NCBI GenBank assembly: GCA_051294905.1
Contig: CM119377.1
Span: 28,954,001-29,018,000 of the forward strand
Length of the DNA: 64,000 nucleotides
Direction of reading: 5' to 3'
From: Botryllus schlosseri
Lineage: Eukaryota
Shown here piece after piece: positions 34,571-49,529 of this stretch. Both the position numbers and the translations under genes were made by a program. The notes beneath the pieces were generated by a model, which was not told where the DNA came from, searched no databases, and was given only the letters and a program-made list of their open reading frames with translations. Position 1 is the first letter of the stretch. Every line of letters starts with the position of its first letter.

Positions 34571-36863
34571 CGTACTTTGCCTCCAAGAAGTACATAAATA
34601 GATAAGGAGAAACTGGAAAATCGGTGTACCGGTAACAACTTCGAGATGCATGCCAATTGTCTAGATGTAAAAGACACTTGGCGGGATGCGGATAAAGGTA
34701 AAAAGAACTACTGTCAAGGTACCTTTGTGCTAGTAAAAACAACATAAAAACAAGAATACGACATAGCCAATGATATTATGATAGAAAACAGAGTACAGAG
34801 AATTAAATTGAAGACAAACAACAAAGAAAATTTGGAAATCTGGGATATATATGCGCCACCGGGAATTTCAAAACATACAACGGACTTTTACAAAAACCTA
34901 GTGGAAAACACAAAAAAGCAGGAGATCGCACACTATTGATAGGGGACTTCAACATAATTACAAACAAATTGGACTATTGATAGGTGACTTCAACATAATT
35001 ACAAACAAATTGGACGCTAAGAAAAACATAAATTGGACTATTGATAGGTGACTTCAACATAATTACAAACAAATTGGACGCTAAGAAAAACCTAAATTTC
35101 AAAAGATCACTGGCCGCAAACATTTGGAAAAATTTTACTGAAATTCATGGGTATCAAGATATATACCGATCCAGGCATCCGCACAAGAGGTTGTACACTA
35201 AGAGAACTGGAGATCAGGAAAGACGCATCGATAATGCGTATGCCACTGACATCCTGAACAAAGACATCACCAAGTGTACATACAAAATCAATCCTATTTC
35301 GGACCACGTCTATTCAATGGAAATAAAAATTGGAAATCATAAACAAAACAGATAATGTAACAAAGAGGTATTAACAAGCAAACAAACGAAAGAAAATATA
35401 GAAATGATCATTGAAGTTATGTCGAGAAACAGTCGAAATGGTGGGATGATGTAAAAAGCAAAATAAAAAGAGCCTTACAAGCGTATGAGGTAACAGCAGA
35501 GAAGATCGAAAAAAGAAAAATCAAGGAATTAGGTCAGAAAATAGAAATAGCGGAGAACAATCAAGATCAACCGACCAAAATAAAACTGCAATGTGAACTG
35601 AAAAAGTTCGAATGGAAGAACTTAGAATTTACAATAGCAAAAACGAAAATGAAAGATAGGGAAGTTGGCGAGAAACCAACGAAACCTTTCTTTGATATGC
35701 TAAAGAAGAAAACAACCTTACAAATAATGAGCTGCGTAATGGATAATAACGAAAGGGAACTAAAAGACCCAAAGCAAATAAAGCAGAGGGTCGAACAGTT
35801 CTATGAAGAGCTATGGAGGGCCCAGCCTGATGTAGATGAAGAAGAGCAGAGGCTCTTCATAGAACAAATTAAAGACGTTAGGGTCAAAGAGGAAGACATG
35901 CCTTCACTCGAAGGACCCATAACGCAAGACGAGATCAAGGAAACGATAAAAAAGATGAGCAGTGACAAGACGCCCGGAAGCGACAGGCTGACAAAAACCT
36001 TTTATACCATCTACTGGGAGAGCATAAAGGGATACCTGGAAGAATTATACAACAATGCTGTATATGGGAGACACATGTGAAAGCTGGAATAAAGGGATAG
36101 TAACTCTAATATACAAAAAAGGGAGACTCGAAAAACCTAAAAAATTGGCGACCCATCACATTATTAAACCTAGACTACAAAATTTTACCAGCAATTATCT
36201 CCAACAGACTAAAAGGGGTAATGGAAAATCTGGTCATAAATACACAAAAATGTGGAGTAAAAAATAGACAAATTGCAGACGCTTTAAGAACCATAAAAGC
36301 AGCATTAGACCAAGCATTTAGAAAGATCACAAATCTCATAGTAGTCTCCATAGACCAAGAAAAAGCTTTTGATCGCGTGCATCATGATTACTTGCATAAA
36401 ATTCTGCATTCCTATGGCATACCAGTGAGAATAAGAAAATGCATAAAAAACTATATGAAAATTCATATAGTCAAGTGCAAATAAACGGCACACTGACGAA
36501 TGGTATAAACACAGGCAGGGGGCTCCGTCAGGGATGTCCCCTAAGCATGTGTTTATATGCAATGACAGCGGACCCGTTGGCCAGAAAAATCATGGCCAGC
36601 AAAGAAATAAAAGGTCTTGAAATAGGAAAAACGAAATTCGATTACAACAATATGCGGACGACCTGACCGCAATAGTAAGAAATGAAGAATCGGCAACAGA
36701 AGTATTTAAAAATTCAGAGCAATTCGCAAAAGCAACGGGACAAATCATAAATAAATCAAAAACCGAGATGATATGTACTAAACCTAACCTAATTAGATCT
36801 GAAGAATACAAACAATACATAGTGGAATCATCAAAAATACTCGGACAAACATTCGGCAGGAAC

Positions 36864-39843
36864 CAGGCACGTATCCAGAGCGCGAAAAAGGGGGGGGGGT
36901 TTTGAGTGCAATAACCTATTATGACGTCATAATTACGATCACTCGTCTACACGCCAAGGCGAATATTTACGATATATTATAGTTCAATAATTAAAAGAGA
37001 TTTGCGGTGAGTGGGAGATGTACGAATTCGATACAGACAATGCCTGAAATTTCGTGTTTTTACGTTATGATTGAACGAAATTCGTAAATGCTCACATTTA
37101 GTCATGAGCCGACTAACGCCGCCGGTCTCCAAGCGCCTAGTTCCGACCAGAGATGCACGATTTTGTTAGGTTTTGACTATATTATGCGCACAGCCGGTAG
37201 TATCGCAGCGGACGAACAAGCGCGGAATAGTGCGGTAGCATACACGAGGGCGATCGCGATCGCCACAGAGAGGTGTGGAGTGTACAGCTGCACACTAGGG
37301 TTGTCCAAAATTTGGAAAATCTGACAAATCCTCCGTTGTAATGTCTTATTCTATAGATTATTGATAAAAAACGACAATGGGCCTAAAAGAAGCTCACATG
37401 AAGGCCGTTTAGATTTCGTGCAAAGCGTTTGAAAGTAGCTGCCCAAGAATGGGCGTACCACCGACCATGGAACGGCGAGAAGACTAGTAATCACGAAACC
37501 ACGGCTCTTGATTGGCTAATCGGCTATGCTTCAATGACCACGACAGCAGCAGCTTGCTGATTAGGCAATCAAGGAGTCTGCTACCGGCGGCGATTCTGAA
37601 AGCACATTGTATGTAGGTTGACGGATCATGATTTAGGATTGATTCAGGGTGTGTTGAGGTACGAAATACATGATGAACAAACAACAGCAGCTTCACAAAA
37701 ACGTCTAAAGCATGACCGCTTTATTGTGAAGGAAACCGCCGTAGCCTATATGCCTTGTTTTTAACGAGGGAAAGCATAGGCGCTTATGCAAGTGCCGACG
37801 GATTCCTAGTTTCAGAAAGGATATATCATTATTGAATACAAAAATAAAGCTCACCAACGACACTATAATTCGTGTGATCTTATTGGGCTCAGGTTGTAGT
37901 ACATAGTTGAAGTTTTGAATGCTTTAAGGATCGGCTGAATCAGCGGGTTATGCTTGGCACTTATCACATCAAATTATATTCACTTGCAAGTGTTGTCAAA
38001 GTCCTTAATGATAACGCAGAAAAGAGGTGTAAAAGTAAGCACATACTATGCTGGATATGATATGTCAATGATATGGCAAAGTCCTTAATAATCGTGCAGA
38101 AAAGGGGGTAAAGGTAAGCACAGAAAGTGCTGCATAGTGCATAGTATCCAGCATAGTTTATATATCACATCAAGCATAGTCTGTGCTTGCATTTACATCT
38201 CGTTTCTGCGGCATCATTAGGGACTTTGAAAACAGTTACAAGTGAATTCAATTTGCTGTAAACATCTGATAAGTGCCCACTGCCCAGCCTAACCGTCTGA
38301 TTCAGCCGATCCCAAGAGCATTCAAAACTTCAACTATGTACTACAACCTGAGCCCAATAATATCACACAAATTATAGTGTCGTTGCTTAGCTTTATATTT
38401 TGCATTCAATCATGATATATCCTTTTTGAAACTAGGAATCCGTCGGCACTTGCATAAGCGCCTATGCGTTCCCTCGTTGAAAACAAGGCATATAGGCTAC
38501 GGCGGTTTCCTTCACAATAAAGCGGTCATGCTTTAGACGTTATTGTGAAGCAGCTGTTGTTCGTTCATCATGTATTTCGTACCTCAACATACCCTGAATC
38601 AATCCTAAATCATTATCTGTCAACCTACATACAATGCGCTTTCAGAATCGCCGCCGGTAGCAGACTCCTTGATCACCTAATCAGCCAGCTGCTGCTGTCG
38701 TGGTCATTGAAGCATAGCCGATTAGCCAATCAAGAGCCGTGGTTTCGTGATTACCAGTCTTCTCGCCGTTCCATGGTCGGTGGCACGCCCATTCTTCGGC
38801 AGCTACTTTCAAACGCTTTGCACGAAATCTAAACGGCCTTCCTGTGAGTTTCTTTTAGGCCTAGTGTCGTTTTTCATCAATAATCTATAAAATAAGACAT
38901 TACAACGGAGGATTTGTCAGATTTTCCAAATTTTGGACAACCCTACTGCACACGAATGTGTGCATTCGATGGCTTTACTAGCCGCACGGTTGAGCGTGTA
39001 GTACGCGCGAAGATAATTAGCCCTTAATTGCAGGCACGCAAGTCGCTCTATTAATACAGAGTACACACTGGGATAATAACTTGAGCGACAGAGGACCTTG
39101 TCAGCCGATATCACTACGTTAACTTTACTAATAGGCCTACTCAATTCCCCCGTTCAGCGGCAACATAGGCCTGTATTTGGACGACAGCAAGCCACCTAAC
39201 AATCGAGAACGTGGATTGCTAGGCTTGTATTTTGAAATGTGAATGTCAATCGTAGGGCAATTCTCGCCGATAATCGCGAAGACAATGTGGATTTGAGAAC
39301 AGCATTGTCGTACCGGTGCCGCCGTGTCTGCGTCTCGCTGATCAATCAACACGCCGTGCAATTCTTAATTAGGATTTCAAGGCGAGCAGGTGTAGCGAAT
39401 TCGCGGGCGATGTTCATTGCCGACAACTTTGTCTTTGCAATTACGTATCGGCGGTATCGCGTCGGCCAATTAGATTAGATTTTCCTAAAATGCGTCTCTC
39501 GTTTTAGCAAGGCGAGAGAGAAATCGAGGGAAGAAAGTTGTGAACGTCAGCATCTGCCACAGCTGAAATGTAGCTGAACAAGCGCAGAATTCGTACGCAA
39601 TTAGCGAAATATAACGACCTATTTTATCCTTTCGACTAATTCGGCGAATAATTCCAATATTTTGTAGGGGTTTTAGTCCCCTTAAATAACATTAAGACGC
39701 CATATTCGCCTTCTCATACGTAAAAATGAATATGTTGAACTAATAAATTAGCAAATATTAGAGGCTATATTTAACATGAATTTTTAGGATTTTGAAAAGG
39801 GGGGGGTTCCGACCCCCTAAAACCCCCCCTGGATACGCCACTG
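36864..39843. mobile_element. Non-autonomous hAT-like element in E6 ORF2
   Basis: Termini CAGGCACGTATCCAG / CTGGATACGCCACTG; TSD GCAGGAAC (36856-36863, 39844-39851). Confidence 0.85.
37296..38945. mobile_element. Foldback hAT MITE with ~660-bp inverted arms
   Basis: TIR TAGGGTTGTCCAAAATTTGGAAAATCTGAC; TSD CTGCACAC (37288-37295, 38946-38953). Confidence 0.88.
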
Positions 39844-41758
39844 GCAGGAACTATATCCAAAAAACATGGGATAGAAGAATAGAGCAGGTAAAGAAAGTAT
39901 TAACGACCTACCAGATGAGAAATCTCACCTGGTACGGAAAAGCAATCATAATAAATAGTCTGGCCGCCTCTAAGGTGGTACATAACGCCAGGATAATAAA
40001 AGTGCCAAAAGAGGTGGCGAACATACTTGAGAAGCTCCTTTTCAACTTTATCTGGGCGCCAGAAAAGATCGAGCCGATAAAGAGAAGGCACATGACGACG
40101 TCCACTGAGATTATGGGAGACCTGAAAATAACCTGTATAAAAAGTAAAATTGAAGCATGTAAATTAGAGAAATATAAGATACTGACTAGCATCGAGGAGC
40201 CAACAGAATTCTGGCACCACGAAGCAATCTATACATTAGGATCAAAACTCGGAAAATTAACGAAATGTTATATAACAACTCGTCCCCACACAGCCCAATC
40301 GTGTCGGACGAGTGGACGACTATAATAAAAAGAGCGGAAGAACTGAAATGGGAAAAGGAAAACTGGGTAGACGCAGCACATAAAGACTTGTGCATCGGCA
40401 TTAAAAACTGAATGCCAAGCACATACCCAGAATGACCCAGCCCTATCGGAAAGACATAATGTGGAGAATGATCACCACCACAAATGGGGAAAGCAACCCC
40501 ATAACAAATGCAGAAACGGTAGTAAACATAAGAACGTTGAATATATTCAATATTAACTCAACGAACACAACTATCACAGAATGCAAGTTCTGCGGTAAAA
40601 ATGAAGACAGTATTGAAAATATTATGGTCAAGTGCAGGCTAACAAATAATATATTCAATGCCTTCAAAAGGCTAATAAAACAGAAAAACCTAGACAGCGA
40701 ATGTATACTATACAATGAAAAACTAAGAAACAAAACGGATTGGACTATAGTAAGCATAATTAGGAAAGAAATGATCAAAAGAAAATTTGGACTAGACAAA
40801 ATCAATGAGAAAGTGAAAAACTTTGATATGACAGTAGAAGTAATGGTCAACAAAATAATCAAGAAATTACTTAAAAGAATATCGATATTCGACAACGCAA
40901 TAGAAGAACAGCTTTTTAAGAACGAATTGGTGTTCTTAGATGAAGAATACGGATGAGTTCAACATAGAATCGAACCGAAGATGTAAGTGGCGAAAGCTAC
41001 GATGGATTACCGGTACTCAAAAATTTTTGTAGGAATTTGGCCATAAAAATGATATCATAGGATAGATAGTGATTAGCACAACAAGTAATACCCTTAAATT
41101 AGATTTTAGTGCAAAAGTGAAGGAAATAGAAGCAAATTCAGACCGAGAAATATTGATTGTTATAAAGAAAAGAAACCGATTGTTCCAGACACGCGGAACA
41201 ATGCGATCCGGCCACTCTGATTGTACTCATTCAATGAGAACAATCGCGAGCGAAATGAAGTCTCGGGCCCAGTCAACTGTGACACACCATCGAGTTTTTA
41301 TCGAATTTACTTACAAAAACAGAAATTAAATGAAGAAAGAAGAATAACCGAACGCAAAATATAAATTAGATACGGAGAATCAACAAAATACGGAAGAAAA
41401 ATAACAACGACAACAGAAAAGAATAAGACCTGAAGGAAAACAAACAAGAATTAATTCGATCGACAAAAATTGAAACACCGAAGATGGGAGAAGGACGACG
41501 ACGGACGGACGGATGAGATGACGAACACGTGAAGGATGATGATTGACGGGACGAAAAGAGGAACATGGACCGGAAAGATTGCAATTGTGTGAATGGTTTG
41601 GTATGTATGTGCGCGTGTATGAATATACTGTGTCTGTATTTTTCTGAATGGTGAAGTGTGAATGAAATATATATATATATATATATATAGAATCCACTTA
41701 TTTGTATTGCAATTCTTTCCGGAATAAAATTGGGATCGCTGCGGCGACCGGAAAAAAA

Positions 41759-43944
41759 GCAGAATATAGAACAGTTAAAAAATGATAGGGGAGAATTACT
41801 AACATCGAAAGAAGAGATCACGAAAGAAGTTACGAACTTCTACGTGAATCTGTGGGGACATAAACCCGCAATCGATGAAACAAAACAAGCTAGCATTATA
41901 GAAGAAATAAAAGATATAAAAATAACTCTAGAACAAAAAGACATGATAAACCGGCCAATCCAAGAAGAAGAAATATTAGACGCAATAAAAAACTCACAGA
42001 ACGGAAAGTCCCCCGGGCTTGACGGGCTAGGTGCAGAATTCTACAAGAAATTCTGGAACCTAATCAAACGAGAATTTGTAGAAGTGTTGACCAACGCTTT
42101 CTTGTTGAATCATCCATGTGATTCCTGGAGGCAAAGGGTTAGTAAAACTGGTATACAAGAAGGGCGATGCAAACGATGTACGTAACTATAGGCCTATAAC
42201 ACTCCTCAATACGGATTATAAAATTCTGTCAAAGATTATAAATCGAAGACTAACGAACGTACTCCCGGACATAATTGCGAACACACAAAAATGTAGCATA
42301 ACAAACAGAAACATATACGACGCGTCATTGAATATAAAAGCTTCAATTGAGCATGCCATAGATAAAAACATACCGCTTTCCGTCGTAAGCATTGATCAAG
42401 AAAAGGCATTAAAACCAATTAAATCTCTAAATCTAGGTCATTTAAATCCCTAAATCTAGGTCATAACATAGAAAGTTACATCAAAAAAACATACGCGAAC
42501 GCAGAGAGCCACATTGTTATCAATGGAGAAACCCTTTTAAAAATCAACATCCAAAGAGGAATCAGGCAAGGGTGTCCTATGAGCATGTCTCTATATGCCA
42601 TAGCTTCCGACCCATTAGCTAGAAGGATACAGAATGATGAAAATATAAGAGGAATAAAGATAGGGAAATGTGAGATCAAAATACAGCAATACGCGGACGA
42701 CCTAATGGCCCTTGTGAAAGACGAGAGATCTATACAGAAAGTACCAAGTCACTTTGAAGACTATGAACTTGCCACAGGGCAAAAAATAAATAAGGCGAAA
42801 ACACAAATTTTACAAACAACGAAAAAAGCCGGAAATCAAACGATCTGCCCGGAACTAAAATCATACACCAAAGAGCAGATAAAGGTTCTTTGGCATCTAC
42901 TGGGCAGGAATAACAGAAAAGACATGTGGCAAAAAGTTGTAAGTAAAATTGGAAATGTGTTAAACCTGTGCAAGTGCAGAAAATTGTCCTGGATAGGGAA
43001 AATCACTATTTTGAACAGCTTAGCGTCTTCCAAGATAATACATATAGCAAAGGTCTATACACCAGAACTGAAATATGTAAAACAATTGGAGAAGCTCTTT
43101 TTTAGTTTTTTGTACCATCCAGAGAAAATTGAAACTATTGCCAGGAAATCGTTGATAAACGAGAAAAGAAACGGAGGGATAGGCATGCCCTATCCGAAAA
43201 CAAAGATAATAGCATGTAACTTGATAAAATTAAAAGATTCAGCCACAATCGATACGACGACTGAATTCTGGCACGTATTGGCTAGATACCAATTAGGTTA
43301 TAAAATAAAAATAATTAATAGTCGATTATACTCAGACGAAGTACTGCACAAAGACAACCCAAACGAGGATTGGACTAGAATACTCGCAGAAAACAAAAGT
43401 CTTAGTTGGAATGAACAAGATTGGCAAGAAACAAATTTCAAACAACTGTACCTAGACCTAACAAAGTTACACGCGAGAGCCGACATATCCAGCCCGTCAA
43501 TAAACTGGTATAAAATAAATTCGATTAAAGGAAATTATGAAGACAGATTGACAAATAAAGAAAAGGTAATCAACTATAGAATCGCTTAAGACGGATTCCT
43601 TTTTGGTAATATAAAATTCAGACAAAGCTTGCTGAAGATATCTCATGGCAAATATGAATTTTATAAATGTAAATTTTGCAAGAAAGAAGAAGACACTATA
43701 TTACATGTTTACAAGATGCAAGTCGACAATAAGAATACTAAATGGAATAAAAAATATTTTGGGACTAGATACGATAAGACGAGATAAAATCCTATACAAT
43801 AAATGCAATGATGACGGTCTACTTCTAACGCTAATGTCAATATACAAGAAGAAGATTTTGAGATCCAAACAAAATTTCGATATCAAGAATGAAGTCTTAA
43901 AATGTGAAGATAGATGGGTGAAAGATACAATAAAAGCATCGTAG
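41759..43944 (+). mobile_element. E7: LINE ORF2 fragment (RT to C-terminus), E5-like
   Basis: KSPGLDG, NYRPITLLN, DQEKA, RQGCPMS and QYADD motifs. Confidence 0.85.
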
Positions 43945-46900
43945 TTTACAACAGCATAGTGGGAAATAAGGCTGAGAGAAACAACAAACCGATAGCGGTT
44001 TGTTTAGCGCATGGTAGCAAGCAATAGACTACGCCGGAATTCTTCACCGGCGTAGTAAACGAGACTACAAAGGCCACATACTCAACAGACAGAGAACCCG
44101 GCAATACATACCGGTCTCCCAGGCTAAACAAGCCTAGGCCTTGCACGATGGCATATGCCAACGTACTACGAAGCAACGCAAATGCAAGAATAACGTATGG
44201 CCTTCGGCCAAGATCAAAGATCAGTCGACATACTGGTCCCAAATGAACTAACAGGAAGCGAGCTCATAGATACTATTAAACAACATCCAAGGCTATCGCA
44301 ACACATGGAAGATATATATTCGATCTTCCGAATAGGCAGAAATACATGTAACCTCACATTCGAGGCAGACTCGCCAATCGACAGACTAAAGAAAACATTT
44401 ATCCGTGAAACAGAAGACGAAATAAACACCAGCAAAGGGAAAATATACATAACAGAAACGAGACAACCGACAATTAAAATAAACATCAGGGCAGTCCCAA
44501 GTGAAGTGGATTAGGCTGAAGTTCGCCAAAAACTTCAAACATACAACTGCGGTAAAATAAAAGAGATAGACATGATCTTCCACAAGGGAACAAGGTTACA
44601 CAATGGATACCGCCAGGTATCCATGGTATCCATAGAAAACTATGTACCAGGAAGAATACCAGCTTACATATACCTTGGGCGTGCACCCTGTAAGGTATAC
44701 CTTCCCTCAGAGGAATTGACAAACCAGAAGTGCAACCGATGCCTTCTTACAGGCCACGGTGCAAAACAATGCCCGAACGAAACGGCATGTCTCTTATGCG
44801 GCGAATACGGTCACAAAAAAGATCTGTGCACAAAAAACATAAACGCGCTACGGGAGTTCCCACCTCTGCCCGTAAACGAAAATACGGAGAATATCACGAG
44901 CCCAGAACAACTTAAGGCTGAAGACGGACCGCCCGACACGCAGTTAACTCATACTTCAAACCCCTCCCCACATCAAGAAGAGCAGTGGCGGCTCGTCCTA
45001 TAGGGCAACTGGGGCATTTCCCCGCCTAAAATTCTGTTCAATAACAATTCTTTGCCATTTATAGACGCACAACAATCTATATGTACCGAAATCCCAGCGA
45101 AAATCGTATACTTCTTGTCCTTCCGCTTGTAAATGCCCATGTATAGCGAAGTCTCTGCGAAAATCGAATTCTCTTCGTTTTTTCGCTTTGCGAATGCCTA
45201 GCCGGGGCATGCCCCGGTAGCGCTCATAACAAGCTTTCACTGCCTATTCTCTCAAAGCCGCGCACAATAAAGAAACAGTGATTTACTCTCTCCTATTCAT
45301 AAAATTACCGAGCAGGTAGGGCAACATAGCATGGTTGCCCCTAAGGTGTGATGTAACAATCGTATCTATATCTGAACTCGGTTACCGTCATGTGCGTTTA
45401 GTCGACCTTTGCTGGTATAGGTCGATTTTGATGGTGTTTCACACCATGATAATTCTTGAAACTTGGTATGTCATGTCGTGATGGCAGTATTTAACATTGT
45501 CCTAAGTTTCAGGGTTTCTACTCAAAGTTTAGGGTAGTAATTCCGTTTCCAAAGTTGAGTGTGTGCTGATCCGTCATGTATCGCAAACAGATTTTACTCA
45601 AAAGCCGGTATTGGTATCCATTGATTTTGACGATGTTCCATACCGAGATCTGTCATGACATTTGGTACGGTAAGTCTTAATGTTAGTATCCAACGCTGTA
45701 CCAAGTTTCAAGTTTGACACTGAACTAGGTTAGTGGTAATTTCGTTTCCTAAGTCGAGTGAGAGCTGACTCGTCATTTATCGCAAATCATATTTTACGCA
45801 AAGCCGGTATTGGTTTCCATTGATTTTAACGATGCTCCTTACCTAGATCCGTCATGAGCTTTTACATGGTATGTCTTGATTTTAGTATCGAACGCTGTAC
45901 CAAGTCTCAAGGTTGTCACTCAATGATTAGGGCAGCAATTTCGTTATCAAGGTCGAGATTTGCGCTGATCTGACACTTAGCCTACCTAACGCATTGCGGA
46001 TTTCACGCAAAAGCCGGTGTATCTGTGTTAACGCTAACTGTGTTCCATACTGAGATAGGAGATGAGATGATGATATCATGAAACAGTTTACTAACATCCT
46101 CGGTTTGCATTCAAATATTTAGTTTTCTTTTATATTCTCCAATGTCAATTTCACCGTGAAATTGTGGCCTTCATGCCATTTGCTCACAATTAAAACCCCT
46201 GACAAGCGCGATAGCTGTTTCGTTTTCGATGGCGGCTAACAGCAGCTGATCGCTTGAACAGCCTATTCCTCAGTAAATTTTAGGCAAAATTCGGTGTTGG
46301 TCTGTTCGTAATAATTTTGACAGTGTGCCATACCGAAAACGGGCATGATGAGGCTGCTTCTCGGTGATTTCATGTAACAGTGTACCTAGTTTTCGGCTTT
46401 CATCCACGTATTTATTTGGTAATATATTTTCCGAAGGCGATTTTGCAGCAGACATATAGACACTATAGACCGTAAGCCGTATGTGTCGTGTGACAGTCTC
46501 CAGCCTCAAGGCCAAAATCTCCCAAGCTCTACCGGGACCGAATTTCCGAGGCTGCTATCCGTAGTTCTTCAGAATGTTTTGGATTCAATATGACATGTCC
46601 AATCTATGAGATAACAATTGCGTATGTGTCCGAACTCGATGACCTTTCCAGTTGAATAGTCATTTCCATTTCTGCAGATAATTAGTCACTAAGTCAGGTA
46701 AAGTGCGAACATGAACCGTGTCGAATCTTTGTTCCGTACGCCGTTTACGCAGTTACCACACTTCAAGTCACAGCTCACCGGCGGACCTCTCGCGGCACAT
46801 ACGTTAAAATCACTGTTGTCGGGAAGTTCGTGTTACCGTACCACCAAGTCACTTGTTTACGTTGGAAAACGCCATTTTGACGTCATGTTGATAAAAAGTC

Positions 46901-49360
46901 GTTTGCAGCCCTTGCCCCACCACCCCATATTGCCACGAGCCGCCACTGAAGAAGAGGCAGAGGGGGAAGAAAGTAATGAAGAAAATGAAATAGAACAAGA
47001 AAAAGAGGACCTCTTTGAAACCGTCCTAAACGAGGCGGACACACAAGAAAGCAGCGTCTTAGACCAAACAATAAGACCAGGTCAACAGGAAGAAATAAAC
47101 AGCGAAAATAGTGCAAAATCAGACGAAGAAAGCCTGAAAATCGTCACCAGCGATGACGACACACAACAGAGCACTAACAAAACGGGCAATCTCAAAACAA
47201 CCCGGACAAGCCGGGAAAAATCAAACGGCGCACTTGAGAAGGAAATTCGAAAGCCGTAACTTTACGGCAACCGAATTTTTCAGTGCACCATCACCGAATA
47301 AAAGAAATATAGAACAGCGTAGTCCGCGGGAAGAAAATAAAGACACGAAAGCCAGGAAAAAACTTGGCTACGAGAAATAGAATAACATGAACAGAAACTA
47401 ATACTCCCCCACCCAAAAAGAAAATGGATATGGACATAATATCAGTCAACGTCAACGGCATGAATGTCCATTGGCAAAAAATAAAAAAATCTTCTTAGAA
47501 CCGACAAAAAATGGAAAATAGCCTGTATACAGGAAAAACATAAAATGAATTTTGACAAAATAAAAAAGTGGGCCGAAACAAACGGCATCACGTATTACTC
47601 AAACCATATTGAGGAAAACACAAACTGGGTAGACGCTGAAGAAAACAAAAAACTGTACTTCAAGGGAACCGGAATATTCATAAAAAACGGAATGCATGAA
47701 GATTACAAGATAGTGAACACCATAGTAAAAGAACACAGAATTCAGTACATTAAATTAACAGATAAAAAAACAGATCAGGCCACAAAGATCTGGAATATAT
47801 ACGCACCAGCAGACGTCGGGAGAATACAAACAGAAACATATAAAATACTAACGGAGAACCTCAGCATCGAACCACACACAACAATCGTATGCGGTGACTT
47901 TAATATCGTCACCGAAGCAATAGACGTAAAAGACGCAACAAACTTTAAGCTAACACCAGCTGCAAAAATATGGCGAAACTTCATACGGATATACAAATAC
48001 CGCGACGTGTGGCGATGGCACAATACATGGAAAAAAACTGTATACAGTCATAAAGACCAGGCAGTCAAGAAGAGTCGACCGAATATATGTCTCCAACGAC
48101 CTGCTACACAGCAGCAGAACCCAGTATAAGCTGAACACTATAGCAGATCACACATTCTATCAGAGAATAACAATAAAACAAACAGAACAGGCCAGGTGGG
48201 GGAAAAACTATTGGAAAAATGACACGAGGCTGTACGAAGACAAAGAACTCGAAACGTTAATACAGAAAATACATCACAAATGTAACAAAAGAAAATCCCA
48301 CTACGAATTTATATACGAGTGGTGGACCTCTTTAAAAACCAAGCCAAGAGGCAAATAATCAAATACGCAATAACAAAGAGAAAAACTGAAGTCAGCAAAA
48401 TAACCGAACTAAGAAACTTCATAGCGAGAAAACAAGATGAGCACGACGGCGACAATACATACGCCGAAGTTAAAAAGCTGAAGGAGATAGAGGAGAAAGA
48501 AATCCAAAGAAATCCAATACCAATGAGGAGAAAGAAATCCAATACCAATGCAAGCTCCACAAGCTAAAAGACCTGGAGCAAGGCGAACAGCCAACAAAAT
48601 ACTTCTTTCGGAAACTAAAACAACGAAAACTTTCGGAAACTAAAACAACGAAAAACAAACAAATCACTAGCCGAGATAGAGAACCGAGGAGAGAAGAAAC
48701 TAACATCCAAAGAAGAGATATTAGGAGAAGTAGAGCAATTCTACGAAAATCTGTGGAAGAAATCAACACATGAGAACCGTGCCCTACAAGATAAGTACAT
48801 AGAGACTATAAAGCACCTAAGGATATCGGACGAAGATGAGAGGCAACTAGAAACTGAAATAACCCAATTAGAAATCAAACACACACTACAAGGAATGGAA
48901 AACGACAAAACAACGGGCCAAGATGGCCTCTCCAAAGAATTTTATACAAGGTATTGGAACATAATCAAAAAAGACATACAGGAACTCCACAACAACGCAT
49001 ACCTCTTCGGAGGATTATGTGAAACGTGGAAAGAAGGTGCTACCACGATACTCTATAAAAAGGGAGACCCAAACCTTTTAAAAAACTGGCGCCCAATAAC
49101 TCTCCTTAACACGGACTATAAACTCCTAACCGGAATCTTATCGAATAGACTCAAACAGGTACTACATAAATTGATCCTACCGACGCAGAAATGCGCAGTA
49201 GCAAATAGAAAAATTAGCGACGTGCTGAAAAACATACAGTCAGTGAAAGAGAGGAGGAAAGAAGTGCTGATAATAAACTGAGACCAGCAAAAGGCGTTCG
49301 ACCAGCAAAAGGCGTTCGATTTAGTGAACCAGACTTATCTATGAGAAACTTTGAAGGTAA
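43945..49360 (+). mobile_element. E8: E1-family LINE, 5' UTR truncated, ORF1 44148-47400, ORF2 47424-49345, 3' truncated
   Basis: MAYANV..TYGLRPRS N-terminus, two CCHC knuckles, EN motifs and RT up to DQQKAFD. Confidence 0.85.
44983..46948. mobile_element. Non-autonomous hAT-like element in E8 ORF1
   Basis: TIRs CAGTGGCGGCTCGT / ACGAGCCGCCACTG; TSD AAGAAGAG. Degenerate internal repeats at ~45380-46060. Confidence 0.85.
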
Positions 49361-49370
49361 AAAGCAAAAC

Positions 49371-49529
49371 GGAAGCAAACCCTGATGGGTGCTTTTGAGT
49401 CCTACGACTCTTGAGTGCCCTATCACGGGCGCTTGTGGCAACAGTGCCTTGGTGTAATGCCAAGTCGCTGTCACAAGCGTGACGGGGGGAGGTTTACTGC
49501 GGTTCCTCCCGGTTACCCCTAAAAAAAAA
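49371..49529 (+). mobile_element. E9: short LINE 3' end related to E2
   Basis: Shares a 28-nt terminal motif with E2; A tail at ~49521-49529. No TSD found. Confidence 0.55.

Larger units (their letters stand above)
26890..41758 (+). mobile_element. E6: L1/Tx1-like LINE split by BEL and hAT insertions
   Basis: ORF1 27057-27957 has two CCHC knuckles. ORF2 pieces 28061-28154, 34576-36863 and 39852-40956 rejoin across the TSDs (NIDV|LCLQEVH). An A tail lies at 41752-41758; continuity across 40960-41340 is uncertain. Confidence 0.75.
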